A stretch of DNA of 64,000 nucleotides from a virus (IMGVR_UViG_3300028591_000109:1-64000); one strand, 5' to 3'; positions 28,327 to 38,676 are shown, numbered from the stretch's first letter. Numbers and translations are program-made. Notes: generated from the sequence alone by a model not told the origin.

Positions 28327-29184
28327 ATGATTATGGACCAGAAAACAATCAAGCGGCTCAGTGCCGTGGCAGCCTCGGTGCTGCTCGTGTTAATCATCTT
28401 CTTCGCCTGCTGCACGGTGGTCGACAGCGGAGAGGTGGGCATCAAGTTCCACAAGTGGTCGGCCTCTGAGCAGGACTACGGCGGCGTAGAGGGAACGTGC
28501 AAGGGCTGGGTATTCTACAACCCCATCACCACCTCTGTGTTTACCTACCCCACATTCACGCAGCGCAAGCAGTATGAGACCATCAAGGTGAACGCCAAGG
28601 ATGCCTCCATCTTCGAGATGGACCCAACGATTGCCTACCATATCAACCCGGCCAAGGCGTGCGACATCTTCGTGAAATACCGCGTCGATGTGAAGTCGCT
28701 GGAAGACGGCTACATCCGCACCTGTATCTACGAAGCCTACCGCACCTGCGCCAACCAGTACACCTCGGACTCGCTGATGTCGAACCGTGCCAACTTCGAG
28801 CGCGACGTGCGCAGCCGACTGGAAAAGTCGATGATGGCAGAGGGCTTCCTCGTCGAGGAGTTCACGTCGAAGATTACCCCGCCCGCCTCGCTGACGAGTA
28901 TGATAGATAGTAAGAACGCTGCAATTCAATCTGCCCTGAAGGCAGAGAATCAGGTGAAGGAAGCCGAAGCCAACGCGAAGATCGACGTGGCCAAGGCCGA
29001 GGGCGCTGCGAAGGCCATGCGCATCAAGGCCGATGCCGAGGCATACTATAACAAAACCATCGCCGCCTCTTTGAGCCCGATGATTATCCAGGAGGACATG
29101 ATTGAGAAGTGGGACGGCAAGATGCCGCAGATAGTAGGCGGCAACGGCATGATGCTCGACGTGAGTAAAGTAATAGGTAAGTAA
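28327..29184 (+). CDS. SPFH/Band 7/prohibitin-family membrane protein
   Basis: N-terminal TM, VDSGEVGI, Ala/Glu coiled coil, IEKWDGKMP. Confidence 0.85.
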   Translation: MIMDQKTIKRLSAVAASVLLVLIIFFACCTVVDSGEVGIKFHKWSASEQDYGGVEGTCKGWVFYNPITTSVFTYPTFTQRKQYETIKVNAKDASIFEMDPTIAYHINPAKACDIFVKYRVDVKSLEDGYIRTCIYEAYRTCANQYTSDSLMSNRANFERDVRSRLEKSMMAEGFLVEEFTSKITPPASLTSMIDSKNAAIQSALKAENQVKEAEANAKIDVAKAEGAAKAMRIKADAEAYYNKTIAASLSPMIIQEDMIEKWDGKMPQIVGGNGMMLDVSKVIGK

Positions 29185-29221
29185 GGCTATAGGAACATCA
29201 ACTATCATATATATCCTGAGC

Positions 29222-29506
29222 GTGGTAGCGTCGCTATATGCGACCTATCTGATCGCCTACTGCCTGTACGACGTGCCCGACAGTTGGGAGAAGCGCGAGC
29301 CGAAACGGATTGTCCTGCCGAGAATAGCCTACATCACATTCTTGCTGGTATCTGTCATCCCTGGACTGAACATCCTGTTCGTCTTAGCATTCTTAATCGG
29401 AGCCATACTCTTCAAAGCTATGAATCAATGGCAGATTAAGTCCTGGCTCTTCGAGAAACCCGAAGTGAAAGCCGACATCACCGACAATAACCCTGAAAAG
29501 AAATAA
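29222..29506 (+). CDS. Small membrane protein
   Basis: Hydrophobic segments including IPGLNILF; start uncertain. Confidence 0.55.
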   Translation: MVASLYATYLIAYCLYDVPDSWEKREPKRIVLPRIAYITFLLVSVIPGLNILFVLAFLIGAILFKAMNQWQIKSWLFEKPEVKADITDNNPEKK

Positions 29507-29510
29507 GACT

Positions 29511-30302
29511 ATGCTACTGATGCTTACCAATCGCTGCCACATGGAATGTCCGCACTGTATGCAGGACGCCAGACCAGACGGGCAGCACATGACTGAAGAT
29601 ACATTCGACCAGGTGCTCGCGCTGATAGGTGAGGCGCGGCCGCCGGTCGTCACCGTCACCGGCGGTGAGCCCACCGAGCACCCGCACTGGGCTGAGTGGA
29701 CGCGCCACATCCTGAACACAAAGGGTGTCGCCCTCGTGTCGATATGCACCAACGGCGCGTGGATCGAGGACACGAAGGAGCGACTGAAGATGGCGCGGCT
29801 TATCCGCGAGTCAAAGGGGCGCGTGAAGGTGCAGGTGTACTCCCACCCGAAATACTATCAGGACCACGAGTGGACCGTGAGCCACGCCGCGCAGTACCGC
29901 TCCATCGGCTGCATCGCCGACTTCAACAGTCCTATCTTCATGCAGGATCTGGGACGTGCCCGCGAGAACTGCCGCGAGGAGACCGAAGCCTCCGACCACG
30001 TGCCGTCGTGCATCAACTCTCACCTCGTGGCTGTGCAGGCCCACTCGCTGAACCACTTCTTCCTGATGTGCGCCAGTGCCGGCAAGTTCTGCCGTCCGCT
30101 CATCTCGCCCGACGGCGGCGTACACATGTCCGAGTCGCGCCTCTGTCCGCAGGTGGCCCATGTCAGCGACGGTGCCGCCACGGTGTTCCGCAAGATGCAA
30201 CAGAGCCGCCCCTGCCGTGGCTGCCGCCTGTACCAGAACTTCGAGCGCCGCTTCCCCCGCGAGCTGCAAATATTAGACAACCCCATCACCTACCGACAAT
30301 AG
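29511..30302 (+). CDS. Radical SAM protein with Cys-rich (SPASM/Twitch-like) C-terminus
   Basis: TNRCHMECPHC, TGGEPT, CTNG, C-terminal CxxC. Confidence 0.85.
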   Translation: MLLMLTNRCHMECPHCMQDARPDGQHMTEDTFDQVLALIGEARPPVVTVTGGEPTEHPHWAEWTRHILNTKGVALVSICTNGAWIEDTKERLKMARLIRESKGRVKVQVYSHPKYYQDHEWTVSHAAQYRSIGCIADFNSPIFMQDLGRARENCREETEASDHVPSCINSHLVAVQAHSLNHFFLMCASAGKFCRPLISPDGGVHMSESRLCPQVAHVSDGAATVFRKMQQSRPCRGCRLYQNFERRFPRELQILDNPITYRQ

Positions 30303-30306
30303 AAAT

Positions 30307-30765
30307 ATGGTAAACAGCAACGAACTTATGCGCGGCAACTGGCTCTTCTTCCGCAATCAGGCGAACGCCTTCGCCTTCCGCGTGGAGAATGTGACGAAGA
30401 GGAAGGTGGGCTACCATGCCGAACCTGGAGAGAGCCGTATGTACTACCTGCGGCTGTGCGAGTGCCATCCCATTTCCCTGGATGCACGGCAGCTGGAGAA
30501 GAACGGGTTTGAGAAGGTGGAGCAACCCGGATGCGCCAACCCATACCACTGGCGCCTGGCCGTCTATGAGGACGACATCAAGGATCCGTCGATGTTGCTC
30601 TACAGCATCGTGGCATACAAGACTCCCTTCCGAGGTATGTATGTCAATATCTTCAACCCTTCGGACTGCGAACCTATCAAGTTCACGAAGCAGATAGAGC
30701 ACCTCCACGAGCTGCAGAACGCCCTCCATCTCTGCGGCATCGAGAAAGAGATTATTGCGTATTAA
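30307..30765 (+). CDS. Phage protein, paralog family A (ELM.G...LEKNGF...LHELQ)
   Basis: Shares both termini with 34169 and 35032. Confidence 0.75.
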   Translation: MVNSNELMRGNWLFFRNQANAFAFRVENVTKRKVGYHAEPGESRMYYLRLCECHPISLDARQLEKNGFEKVEQPGCANPYHWRLAVYEDDIKDPSMLLYSIVAYKTPFRGMYVNIFNPSDCEPIKFTKQIEHLHELQNALHLCGIEKEIIAY

Positions 30766-30790
30766 CAATTTAAAAGCTACACGAAAGATT

Positions 30791-31492
30791 ATGAAACAAG
30801 AGAATACAGACCGCTCGGCGACGCAAGGAGACGCTTGCCAGAGCAAGAACCGACAGGCCGCAGAAGCGCAGCAGCTGCGTGAGAAGTCAGCATTTATCAA
30901 TCAGGTGACGAGCTTCGCTGAATATATGCAGAAGGAGTTTATCAACGACAGCGACGGCGACATGGGGCTGATTATCTGCGCCGCCGACCGCACCTGCGAC
31001 AAGGCCAGCGACGAGCGGACGGGCGCGTGCCACATCGTGCTCGGTGGCGGGTACATCAACACCATCTCGCTTGCCTCGATGATGCAGCAGGAGCAGATGC
31101 AAGACCTCTTCCACAAGGCCCGGATATTGAGCAGCACCGACGGCAGCAACGGCTACATGGCCGACGAGTTGCGCCGACTGCGCCGTAGGCTGAACCGCGA
31201 CTATGCCTTTCTGGTCCTGCCGATAGGCTACAGCCTCCTGCTCACAGTGCTCACCGTATTCAGTTCAGCTTTCCATTTGACAACCACCATCGCCAGCGTA
31301 TTCCTAATGGCTTTCCTCACCATGCTCATCTTCAGCGACATCAAAGACCTGCGCCGCAAGGCCCGCCGCCTCGCCGACAGCATCGACGGCGACCGCCGGG
31401 AGCGCCGCCACATGTTCGGTGCCGCCATGATGGGGATGCTCGCCCAGATGGCACACCGCGACCGCGACGATGACGATGATGATGATGAATAA
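30791..31492 (+). CDS. Membrane protein (2 TM) with poly-Asp tail
   Basis: Two hydrophobic helices; start at MKQENT. Confidence 0.7.
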   Translation: MKQENTDRSATQGDACQSKNRQAAEAQQLREKSAFINQVTSFAEYMQKEFINDSDGDMGLIICAADRTCDKASDERTGACHIVLGGGYINTISLASMMQQEQMQDLFHKARILSSTDGSNGYMADELRRLRRRLNRDYAFLVLPIGYSLLLTVLTVFSSAFHLTTTIASVFLMAFLTMLIFSDIKDLRRKARRLADSIDGDRRERRHMFGAAMMGMLAQMAHRDRDDDDDDDE

Positions 31493-31514
31493 CCGAACCA
31501 AAACAATAAAGCGT

Positions 31515-32045
31515 ATGCCACAAATCAAACTATCGCAGGACGACGCGGCGTTTCTGCGCGACCTGCAACACGAACTGCTCACGCAGCCCAACGACGGCAA
31601 CGCCGACCCTGTGTATTGGGGCGTGATAGAGACACGCGAAGAGCCCGCGCCGGAGGACTGCGGCGAGGCCCGCATCTACAACTGCGACGGCGACTGCTCG
31701 GTGATGACGCTCGACGAAGCCGTGGCGTGGGTGAACGAGAACATAGAGGACGAAGACCTGATATTCCTCTGGGACACGCTCGACCACGACGACATCGACA
31801 CCGTGTTTGAGTTCATCCACGACGAGATGGGCATCAGCTCTGCCAGCGTGGTATGGACGGAAGAGCACAGCCGCGTGAGCGAAGATACCGGTGCCTTCCT
31901 CACCAAGCGGGCCTGCCAGGAGTATATCCGTCGCTACGGCTACAACCACTCGCGACCCCACACCTACGCCATGACGGCCTACCGAAACTACGAGCTGGCA
32001 CGGCTGCTGAAGATTCTGAAGACAATGGAAATCAAGGAGGACTGA
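31515..32045 (+). CDS. Hypothetical acidic phage protein
   Basis: L.TQ.NDGNADP.YW and FLTKRAC..YI..YGYN motifs; ends KED-stop. Confidence 0.75.
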   Translation: MPQIKLSQDDAAFLRDLQHELLTQPNDGNADPVYWGVIETREEPAPEDCGEARIYNCDGDCSVMTLDEAVAWVNENIEDEDLIFLWDTLDHDDIDTVFEFIHDEMGISSASVVWTEEHSRVSEDTGAFLTKRACQEYIRRYGYNHSRPHTYAMTAYRNYELARLLKILKTMEIKED

Positions 32046-32222
32046 ATGATGAAAGCAAAACTATATGATGACAACCGTGTTATAGAGATTGTTGACTGCA
32101 ACGATGTTGACAGCATCTGCAACCCCTGTGACCACAGCAGTTACATAGAGGTCCGCATGCGAGACCACTCAACTATATTGTGTGACGACTTTGTTTTTAT
32201 GTTAGAAGGAGAGGAGGACTGA
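32046..32222 (+). CDS. Small hypothetical protein (58 aa; not in the ORF track)
   Basis: Translated by hand; lies between two GGAGGACTGA junctions. Confidence 0.55.
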   Translation: MMKAKLYDDNRVIEIVDCNDVDSICNPCDHSSYIEVRMRDHSTILCDDFVFMLEGEED

Positions 32223-32225
32223 GCA

Positions 32226-32747
32226 ATGGCAGAAACCAAGACAACAAAGCACAGCCTGACTGTGGCAAAGGCCACGAAGCAGGAGTTCAAACGTGTGTGG
32301 AGCTTCGTGCATGCGATGGAGAACCTGTTTGACTCGCGCAGCTTCTTCAGCAGCGAGGAGGACTGGCGCGGGTGGGACGATACTGACCCCGACAAGCGGC
32401 TCATGCTGCGCATAGAGAAGGAGCTGATAGCCGACGGCGAGGCGACGTGGGACGGGCATCCCGAAAACGACAAGATACTCTTTGCCTTCATCAAGCGCAA
32501 GTGGCACGAGGCCAATTACTCGGGCAGCGTGGGGCGCATCCTCTTCGACTGCGAGACGCTGATAGACAACTGCTGCGACCCGAAACTCGACCACCTGGAG
32601 TTCAAGCCCAGCATCATGTATGCCGAGCAGCGTGCCCTCGAAAAGATAGAGAAGATTATCCAGCGCGGCGAGAATCGCGGCCTCACGGCCGACAAGATTA
32701 TCGAGCGCATCAAGAAACGTATCGAGGACGAGAAGAAGGAGGACTGA
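32226..32747 (+). CDS. Hypothetical protein
   Basis: ORF ending KED-stop. Confidence 0.7.
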   Translation: MAETKTTKHSLTVAKATKQEFKRVWSFVHAMENLFDSRSFFSSEEDWRGWDDTDPDKRLMLRIEKELIADGEATWDGHPENDKILFAFIKRKWHEANYSGSVGRILFDCETLIDNCCDPKLDHLEFKPSIMYAEQRALEKIEKIIQRGENRGLTADKIIERIKKRIEDEKKED

Positions 32748-32752
32748 GCATT

Positions 32753-33205
32753 ATGGCACTGAACGAAAAGATGCTGCCGATTGGCAAGAAAGATAAACAA
32801 AGAAACGGAACAAGCAAAATAGAACCTATGGAACAGAAACCAATCAAGATACTGCACCAGCCACTGAAGACTAAGTGGTACCGGATGATAGAGGCTGGCG
32901 AGAAGTCGGAGGAATACCGGGAGGCGACAGCCTATTGGTGCAAGAGATTCTGTGGTTTTAACACACTGCTGTTTTCCTTTCGTTACGGCTACGAGGACAT
33001 CAACAAGGCTGGCTACACCCACGTTCAGTTCTCGTTGGGTTATCCGAAGAAGAACGATGAGTCGCGCCGCATGACCTTCGAGTTGAAAGGCATCGAGTAC
33101 CGCGAGGGTCGTGAGGAATGGGGCGCGGAGAAAGGCAAGAAATACCTCGTCGAAATACTGGGCCGACGCACCACGCTCGACGGAACAAAACTATGGGAGG
33201 ACTGA
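32753..33205 (+). CDS. ASCH/PUA-like domain protein
   Basis: L...KWY.MI.AGEK.EEYRE...YW.KR and V.FSLGY. Confidence 0.7.
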   Translation: MALNEKMLPIGKKDKQRNGTSKIEPMEQKPIKILHQPLKTKWYRMIEAGEKSEEYREATAYWCKRFCGFNTLLFSFRYGYEDINKAGYTHVQFSLGYPKKNDESRRMTFELKGIEYREGREEWGAEKGKKYLVEILGRRTTLDGTKLWED

Positions 33206-33208
33206 GCG

Positions 33209-33430
33209 ATGAAGATACGACTGATAGAGAATGCGATGTGTGCCCACGACCTGCATGAGCTGACGAACTACCCGCGACCGTGGTTCAAGGCGAAGCCAAC
33301 GCTGCCAAAGGGCACTGTGCTGACAGTGAAAGAGCAATGGACCAACTTTTTCGGCTCCTACTACCGTTGTGATCATGAGAACGGCACATACGACATCAAG
33401 CGCAGCGAGGCAGAGATAATAGAAATGTAA
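33209..33430 (+). CDS. Hypothetical protein
   Basis: Coupled small ORF. Confidence 0.65.
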   Translation: MKIRLIENAMCAHDLHELTNYPRPWFKAKPTLPKGTVLTVKEQWTNFFGSYYRCDHENGTYDIKRSEAEIIEM

Positions 33431-33452
33431 ACATTTAATAAAGCTAACGATT

Positions 33453-33689
33453 ATGGCATGCAACTGTATTAAAGACATCGAAGAGAAACTGAAAAAGCAG
33501 TACGGAGAGACTGCATGTGTAAACAAGGGCTACATGAGCGACGGCACCATCCGCGCGGTAGTAGAGGGCCTGTATCACAAGACGAAGCGCAACGGCGACC
33601 ATGAGCAGAAATGGACGGAGGTAAGCCTGCTGGCCACCTACTGCCCATTCTGTGGCAAGCCTTATGAAGAAAAAAAGAAGGAGGACTGA
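33453..33689 (+). CDS. Zinc-ribbon small protein
   Basis: CNC...YCPFCGK. Confidence 0.7.
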   Translation: MACNCIKDIEEKLKKQYGETACVNKGYMSDGTIRAVVEGLYHKTKRNGDHEQKWTEVSLLATYCPFCGKPYEEKKKED

Positions 33690-33692
33690 ATT

Positions 33693-34118
33693 ATGCCAAT
33701 ATTAAACATTGAACTGAGTGACTATGATGCGCTCAGAGACAGAGTGAAACAACTGGAGTGTGAGAACAAGAACCTTTCGGAGGCCATCGAAGAAAAAGCA
33801 GAGGATGGCCGTCTGAGGGTTATCAAGAAGACGGTGACAATAACGCGCAATCCGTGGAAGGCGATTAACGAACACGCATTGGACTCATGCACAGAGAAGT
33901 ACGAGTTCCTGAACTTCGACGATATTGAACAGGAGGCCAAGAGCCAGTTCTATAAGGACATGGCCAACCGCATCCAGAGCCAGGAGCGGCAGGAAATCTC
34001 TGAATTGAAAGAGCAGTTAAAACGCAGCCAGCAGCATCTTGACAGTTCGCTCGGACGCATCGACCGCCTGATGAAACGCAACTGGTGGGACAGACTGTGG
34101 AATAAAGGAGTGGGATAA
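33693..34118 (+). CDS. Coiled-coil hypothetical protein
   Basis: Ends RNWWDRLWN. Confidence 0.7.
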   Translation: MPILNIELSDYDALRDRVKQLECENKNLSEAIEEKAEDGRLRVIKKTVTITRNPWKAINEHALDSCTEKYEFLNFDDIEQEAKSQFYKDMANRIQSQERQEISELKEQLKRSQQHLDSSLGRIDRLMKRNWWDRLWNKGVG

Positions 34119-34168
34119 AGCAATGCCCAGATACCGGATAGAATTAAAGGCATTAGAATAAGAGCGAT

Positions 34169-34564
34169 ATGGAAGCAAAAGAGTTAATGGCTGGCGACAT
34201 CGTTAAGCAGAAACACAGCGGACTGATTCTGAAAGTCTCTGCAATAGTACCGCCGTACATCAGAGCAGAAGGTGAAGACGGACAGTTTCACGAAGACACC
34301 GTAGAGCCAATACCATTGGCAAAGGAAATATTTGAGCAGAACGGATTTAAGAAGTTTAACTTCCGCGACATAGAGGCGTGGTGGCTTGACACTCTGACAA
34401 GCGTATCGCTATGGTGTCGTGAGCTAAATGACAATCCAAAGGAAGGCTGGATGATTCGCATTGATTCGCCTCTCGCATCACATTGTAGCAAGGTTGAGTT
34501 CTTGCATCAGTTACAACAAACTCTGCGGCTATGTCGTATAGAAAAAGAAATACTAACAGTATAA
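34169..34564 (+). CDS. Phage protein, paralog family A
   Basis: MEAKELMAGD...EPIPL...NGF...LHQLQ...IEKEI. Confidence 0.75.
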   Translation: MEAKELMAGDIVKQKHSGLILKVSAIVPPYIRAEGEDGQFHEDTVEPIPLAKEIFEQNGFKKFNFRDIEAWWLDTLTSVSLWCRELNDNPKEGWMIRIDSPLASHCSKVEFLHQLQQTLRLCRIEKEILTV

Positions 34565-34575
34565 TTAGACAAACA

Positions 34576-35028
34576 ATGAAGTACATTGACGCAGATAAAA
34601 TCAAGGCCGAGATAGACAAACTCACAGAAAGCCTGACGAAGAGTTGCAACCCTGACCCGCTTGGCACGACGGAGGAATGTATGGTCGCCGCAGAGATAGA
34701 GGCACTGGGTTTGGTAAAGGACGCCATCGACAAGATGCAGCAGGAACAGCCGACACCACCAGGCATTGAAAAGGAAAGCAAAAAGAAAGGTTGGCTTGAC
34801 TATGGAGAGATGATGAGCGAGATAGGATTGTACCGATACAATGCGATACAACGCATCAAGGCGCACAAGGAAGAGTTCGACCCTCTCACCATTCCCAACC
34901 TCTATCACGTCGCAGAATATTATAAGGCTGTTGGCGAAGAGGTTGTCTGCTGTTGTTTGCAAGCATACGGCAAGGACTTCCGATTTGACCAGGAAGATGT
35001 AAGAGAAATCATTAGTAAGGAGGACTGA
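34576..35028 (+). CDS. Hypothetical protein (MKYIDADK)
   Basis: Common phage N-terminal motif; ends KED-stop. Confidence 0.7.
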   Translation: MKYIDADKIKAEIDKLTESLTKSCNPDPLGTTEECMVAAEIEALGLVKDAIDKMQQEQPTPPGIEKESKKKGWLDYGEMMSEIGLYRYNAIQRIKAHKEEFDPLTIPNLYHVAEYYKAVGEEVVCCCLQAYGKDFRFDQEDVREIISKED

Positions 35029-35031
35029 GCG

Positions 35032-35457
35032 ATGATGAAAGCAAATGAATTGATGACTGGGGCCTTTGTGTATTTCAACTGTTTCGACGGGAGCAAGATT
35101 GTTGTGCGCGAGACTGGCTTCAAGGACGGGATTGTGTATGGTGATTCAAAGAAGGGCTCGCATTGGTGCAATATTGAGAAAGTAGAGCCTATCCCCATCA
35201 CGCCGGAAATCCTTGAAAAGAATGGGTTTACTGAAACGAAAAACTATTATCCATACCCAACCTATAAACATGAAGTGAATGGCAAGAAGTTTTTAGTAAG
35301 AGTTGCTTTCCCGGAGGATAGTAAGGCGACAAATAGAATAAAGCCTTTTGTTGAAGTAGATGCAAGGTGGTGCTGGCATAATAGCGATTGCGAGTTTGTT
35401 CATAAGTTGCAGTACGTGCTTCATTTGTGTGAGATAGAAAAGAATATAGAGTTATGA
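35032..35457 (+). CDS. Phage protein, paralog family A
   Basis: ANELMTG...EPIPIT.EILEKNGF...VHKLQ...IEKNI. Confidence 0.75.
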   Translation: MMKANELMTGAFVYFNCFDGSKIVVRETGFKDGIVYGDSKKGSHWCNIEKVEPIPITPEILEKNGFTETKNYYPYPTYKHEVNGKKFLVRVAFPEDSKATNRIKPFVEVDARWCWHNSDCEFVHKLQYVLHLCEIEKNIEL

Positions 35458-35482
35458 ATAAAGCAAGATAATTTTGTAGTAT

Positions 35483-35761
35483 ATGGAAGAATCACAGAAA
35501 CAGGCGATGATTGACGCCTACAAGGAAAGGCTTCTGAGCCAGGCTAACGGCATGGAGGAGTCGGTGCTGATGCAGATGTGCTTGACGGCGTTTCGGCATG
35601 GCATTGAGAATACGCTGGCCGAGGTAGAGCCGAAACAGCAGAGACTGAAGAAGCTGGCCGACGCCATGTATCACGCGGCGCAGTACCTGACTACCGACGC
35701 CTCGCATCTTCACAAGGCGATGGACGAATATCATCAATTTGTTATTCAGAACAAAATATAG
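35483..35761 (+). CDS. Hypothetical protein
   Basis: Co-oriented ORF. Confidence 0.7.
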   Translation: MEESQKQAMIDAYKERLLSQANGMEESVLMQMCLTAFRHGIENTLAEVEPKQQRLKKLADAMYHAAQYLTTDASHLHKAMDEYHQFVIQNKI

Positions 35762-35767
35762 AGCGAT

Positions 35768-36193
35768 ATGGCAACAGAAGAAAAGAAACTGTACGGGTTT
35801 GGCGTAAACGACACAAGCCTGTTTGGAGAGACGTTTGAGGCTGTGGACGAGCTGATAGAGTTCGCGCAGACGGAGTTTGACAATGAGAACAGCGACTATT
35901 TTGACGACGAAGACCAGCATTGCATACTCGTGAGTGCCGTTAAGCGTGTGGCCCCTTTCGACTTTGCGCCATCACTGGACGACATTGCCGATCAGATGAC
36001 CGACCGTTTCTATTCGGAGCACAATATCGACGACGACGCAGAAGCCAGCTATTATCCGAAGGAGGAAGCCAAGAAAGAATGGAAGGCATTTGTCGAGAAG
36101 TATTTCGACATTCCCTACACGCTCATCGGATATGCCGATGTGGGCTGGTACAATCTGAAAGAGCATCGTTGGACGGAAATGAAGGAGGACTGA
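35768..36193 (+). CDS. Acidic hypothetical protein
   Basis: GCGATATG start; ends KED-stop. Confidence 0.7.
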   Translation: MATEEKKLYGFGVNDTSLFGETFEAVDELIEFAQTEFDNENSDYFDDEDQHCILVSAVKRVAPFDFAPSLDDIADQMTDRFYSEHNIDDDAEASYYPKEEAKKEWKAFVEKYFDIPYTLIGYADVGWYNLKEHRWTEMKED

Positions 36194-36194
36194 T

Positions 36195-36386
36195 ATGATG
36201 GGAACAAACGTAATCACGCTTACGCCCAAGTGGGAGTATCGGAGAGAGACAAACCTGACGATGGAGGCACTGACGGAGATAGGACAAGACGGTTGGGAGC
36301 TGACAGGATATTCAACCATCGGCACCTTAGAGTGCTATATATTCAAGCGCCCCGTCTATGACATTCCCGAAAGACCTGAAGTGTAA
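36195..36386 (+). CDS. DUF4177-like small protein
   Basis: KWEY...L...GQDGWEL...YIFKRP. Confidence 0.65.
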   Translation: MMGTNVITLTPKWEYRRETNLTMEALTEIGQDGWELTGYSTIGTLECYIFKRPVYDIPERPEV

Positions 36387-36404
36387 TTAAACATCAAGAG
36401 TGAT

Positions 36405-36611
36405 ATGAAGAAACGTAACTGGATATGTTATACCGCAATCTTTATGCTTGCCTGGCTACTGCTCGACATCGGCTTCGGCATGGATCGTTATACGAAGTTC
36501 CTGTCGTGGCAGTGGCACCTGGGCTTTGTGCTGAGAAATGCCGGCGCCATCCTGCTACTGCTGCTGGGCAACTTCGTAGGGATGAAGACGAACAAAGGAA
36601 GGGAGGACTGA
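36405..36611 (+). CDS. Small membrane protein
   Basis: Two hydrophobic segments. Confidence 0.65.
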   Translation: MKKRNWICYTAIFMLAWLLLDIGFGMDRYTKFLSWQWHLGFVLRNAGAILLLLLGNFVGMKTNKGRED

Positions 36612-36614
36612 TCA

Positions 36615-36821
36615 ATGACCAAGAAAGAAGAAGCCATTCTGACCAACCTCGTCAAGACGTTACAGGAATACGAGGATGAGTGCTATCGACAGATGGCATA
36701 CATGAACGAGCATAAGTTTGAGATGGAGCGCGAAGCCATCAGATACAAGCAACAGGCGTACAACCGCAGTTGGCTGGAGGTGGCAAATGCTATTGATAAA
36801 ATTAAAAAGTTGGAGAAATAA
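36615..36821 (+). CDS. Hypothetical protein
   Basis: Coupled ORF. Confidence 0.65.
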   Translation: MTKKEEAILTNLVKTLQEYEDECYRQMAYMNEHKFEMEREAIRYKQQAYNRSWLEVANAIDKIKKLEK

Positions 36822-36825
36822 AAGT

Positions 36826-37359
36826 ATGGACGAACAAAAAATCATTACACTGAGTCACCTAAAGAATTGGGTGGATGATTGGGTGAGAAAATGCCACAAG
36901 AATAATGTGGACCCCAGTGACGTGCCCTTCCTTATTGAGAACGACAGACGCCAATACCGTCCATTCTCGGGCAATATCGGTTTTGGTAGCCGTGGCGTAA
37001 CGGTGTCCATTGTATACTTCAATAGCGACATCGTGCGCTACGAACCCAAAGACGAGCGGCCCGAAGGCGGCGGCGAATACTGGAAGAGCCGTGGCGCGTC
37101 AGACTCTGACGTAAGCGGTTTTGTGGCGAGCCGTGCCGCAGGAATGCGACTGCTGCGCATGGTGCGCTATGTGCTCGACACCGACGAGCCGAAGACGTGG
37201 CTCGACTACCGCGAGTTCGAGCCGAACTGGATTCAGTTCAAGTTCTCTGCCGATGAATTTGACGTGGAGAAACTCGACCAGATGGCCCGCGCCAACGGCG
37301 ACGTGCTGACCGAGACCATCGTCAGGCTGTGCGTGAAGAATAACAATAAGGAGGACTGA
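36826..37359 (+). CDS. Hypothetical protein
   Basis: Start at MDEQK; ends KED-stop. Confidence 0.7.
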   Translation: MDEQKIITLSHLKNWVDDWVRKCHKNNVDPSDVPFLIENDRRQYRPFSGNIGFGSRGVTVSIVYFNSDIVRYEPKDERPEGGGEYWKSRGASDSDVSGFVASRAAGMRLLRMVRYVLDTDEPKTWLDYREFEPNWIQFKFSADEFDVEKLDQMARANGDVLTETIVRLCVKNNNKED

Positions 37360-37362
37360 GCG

Positions 37363-38046
37363 ATGAAGAAAACAATAAAAGCCAGATGCACGCAGAAAGT
37401 GTATGCAGAAGACATCCTGCTGTTCTATAGTGGAGAAGTGTATCAGTTTGAAGTGACAGACTTCCTTTGTTCTAAACCAGATGGGTGTGACTCTGAGCCC
37501 CATAAGGATGCAGAACGACCGATATTGCCACAGTTATATGACCACCTCCACTATACGAACAAGCGCGGTCATTTCTATTTCGATTTCTATGACCGCGACT
37601 ATGCTGAACAATACGGCAAACCATGTTTTGAAGACTGCTTTAACGAAATCAATATGGAACTGACATCAGAAAATGTGGAACGGGTATTCAGAGAATGCCT
37701 GTCCGACGAGAACGAGGGCGACAATGTGCGCCTCGTAGAAGCTGTGCTGGCCAATGTAAAGATGGCCATGCGTCGTGACAAATTGAAATTCTATCAGGAG
37801 GAAATACAGGGTATGCTCATGCAACTGCCCCGAAAGTTCCGCGAGACGGACAGTGGCGGATGGTCGTTCCTGAATCTTTGCACCCGCGAGGACGGGACGC
37901 AGTGGACTGGCAGCCACGCTATGATGGAACAACTGGTAATCCTCGGCATCGGAAGTGGCAAGATGAAATATCTGCTGCCGAAACCAATGTGGAATATTCT
38001 GCCTGGCGGTATGCCATATTTGGCTGTGCTGGACAAGAATTTGTAA
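37363..38046 (+). CDS. Two-domain hypothetical phage protein
   Basis: C-terminal GGWSFLNLC...G.QWTG...LPGGMPY module. Confidence 0.7.
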   Translation: MKKTIKARCTQKVYAEDILLFYSGEVYQFEVTDFLCSKPDGCDSEPHKDAERPILPQLYDHLHYTNKRGHFYFDFYDRDYAEQYGKPCFEDCFNEINMELTSENVERVFRECLSDENEGDNVRLVEAVLANVKMAMRRDKLKFYQEEIQGMLMQLPRKFRETDSGGWSFLNLCTREDGTQWTGSHAMMEQLVILGIGSGKMKYLLPKPMWNILPGGMPYLAVLDKNL

Positions 38047-38057
38047 ATAAGACTGAT

Positions 38058-38543
38058 ATGATAGACTACATGAAAGAGGCTAAGATACTGTATCTGGCCG
38101 ATGTACTGGAAGACATTGCGAAGGAGATGGAGAGGGATTTCCACAACCGTCCGTTCTGCAAGAGCATCAACGACATCGTGAAAGAACTGCGCGAGACACT
38201 GGCCCTTACGACTCCGACAGATCCGGCGAATATGCGGGAGGAGCGAATACAAATCAAGCGCATCGAGAAGCGACACATGATGGCCCCCGTGCCAGGTATG
38301 CCGGACAGCGAGATGCCGCGCTACGAGGACAGTAGCAGACGATGGATCATCAGCGAACTGCTCGACTACATCCGAAAAGAGAATCTGATACGGGTGCGCA
38401 AGGACAAGACCGAACAGGGCTGCACGATATTAACTGCCTCGCTGATAGTGGGTATTGAGCAGGAGCCGGACATCCCAAGGATTGAAGAACAAGTCACCTT
38501 TGTCGATTCGCTGGCCAAGTATCTGGACGAAACAAGACAATAA
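38058..38543 (+). CDS. Hypothetical protein
   Basis: Start at MIDYMK. Confidence 0.65.
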   Translation: MIDYMKEAKILYLADVLEDIAKEMERDFHNRPFCKSINDIVKELRETLALTTPTDPANMREERIQIKRIEKRHMMAPVPGMPDSEMPRYEDSSRRWIISELLDYIRKENLIRVRKDKTEQGCTILTASLIVGIEQEPDIPRIEEQVTFVDSLAKYLDETRQ

Positions 38544-38676
38544 AAGAAGAAACGCAAGGCAAAGGCCAAGGCGCAGAAGCAGAGCCGCCGCAAGAACCGC
38601 AAGCACTGAGATAATTTTTAACTCCAATTTTTAAATAATTTCCCCGACCGAAAGGGAGGGCTAAACAACAACGATT

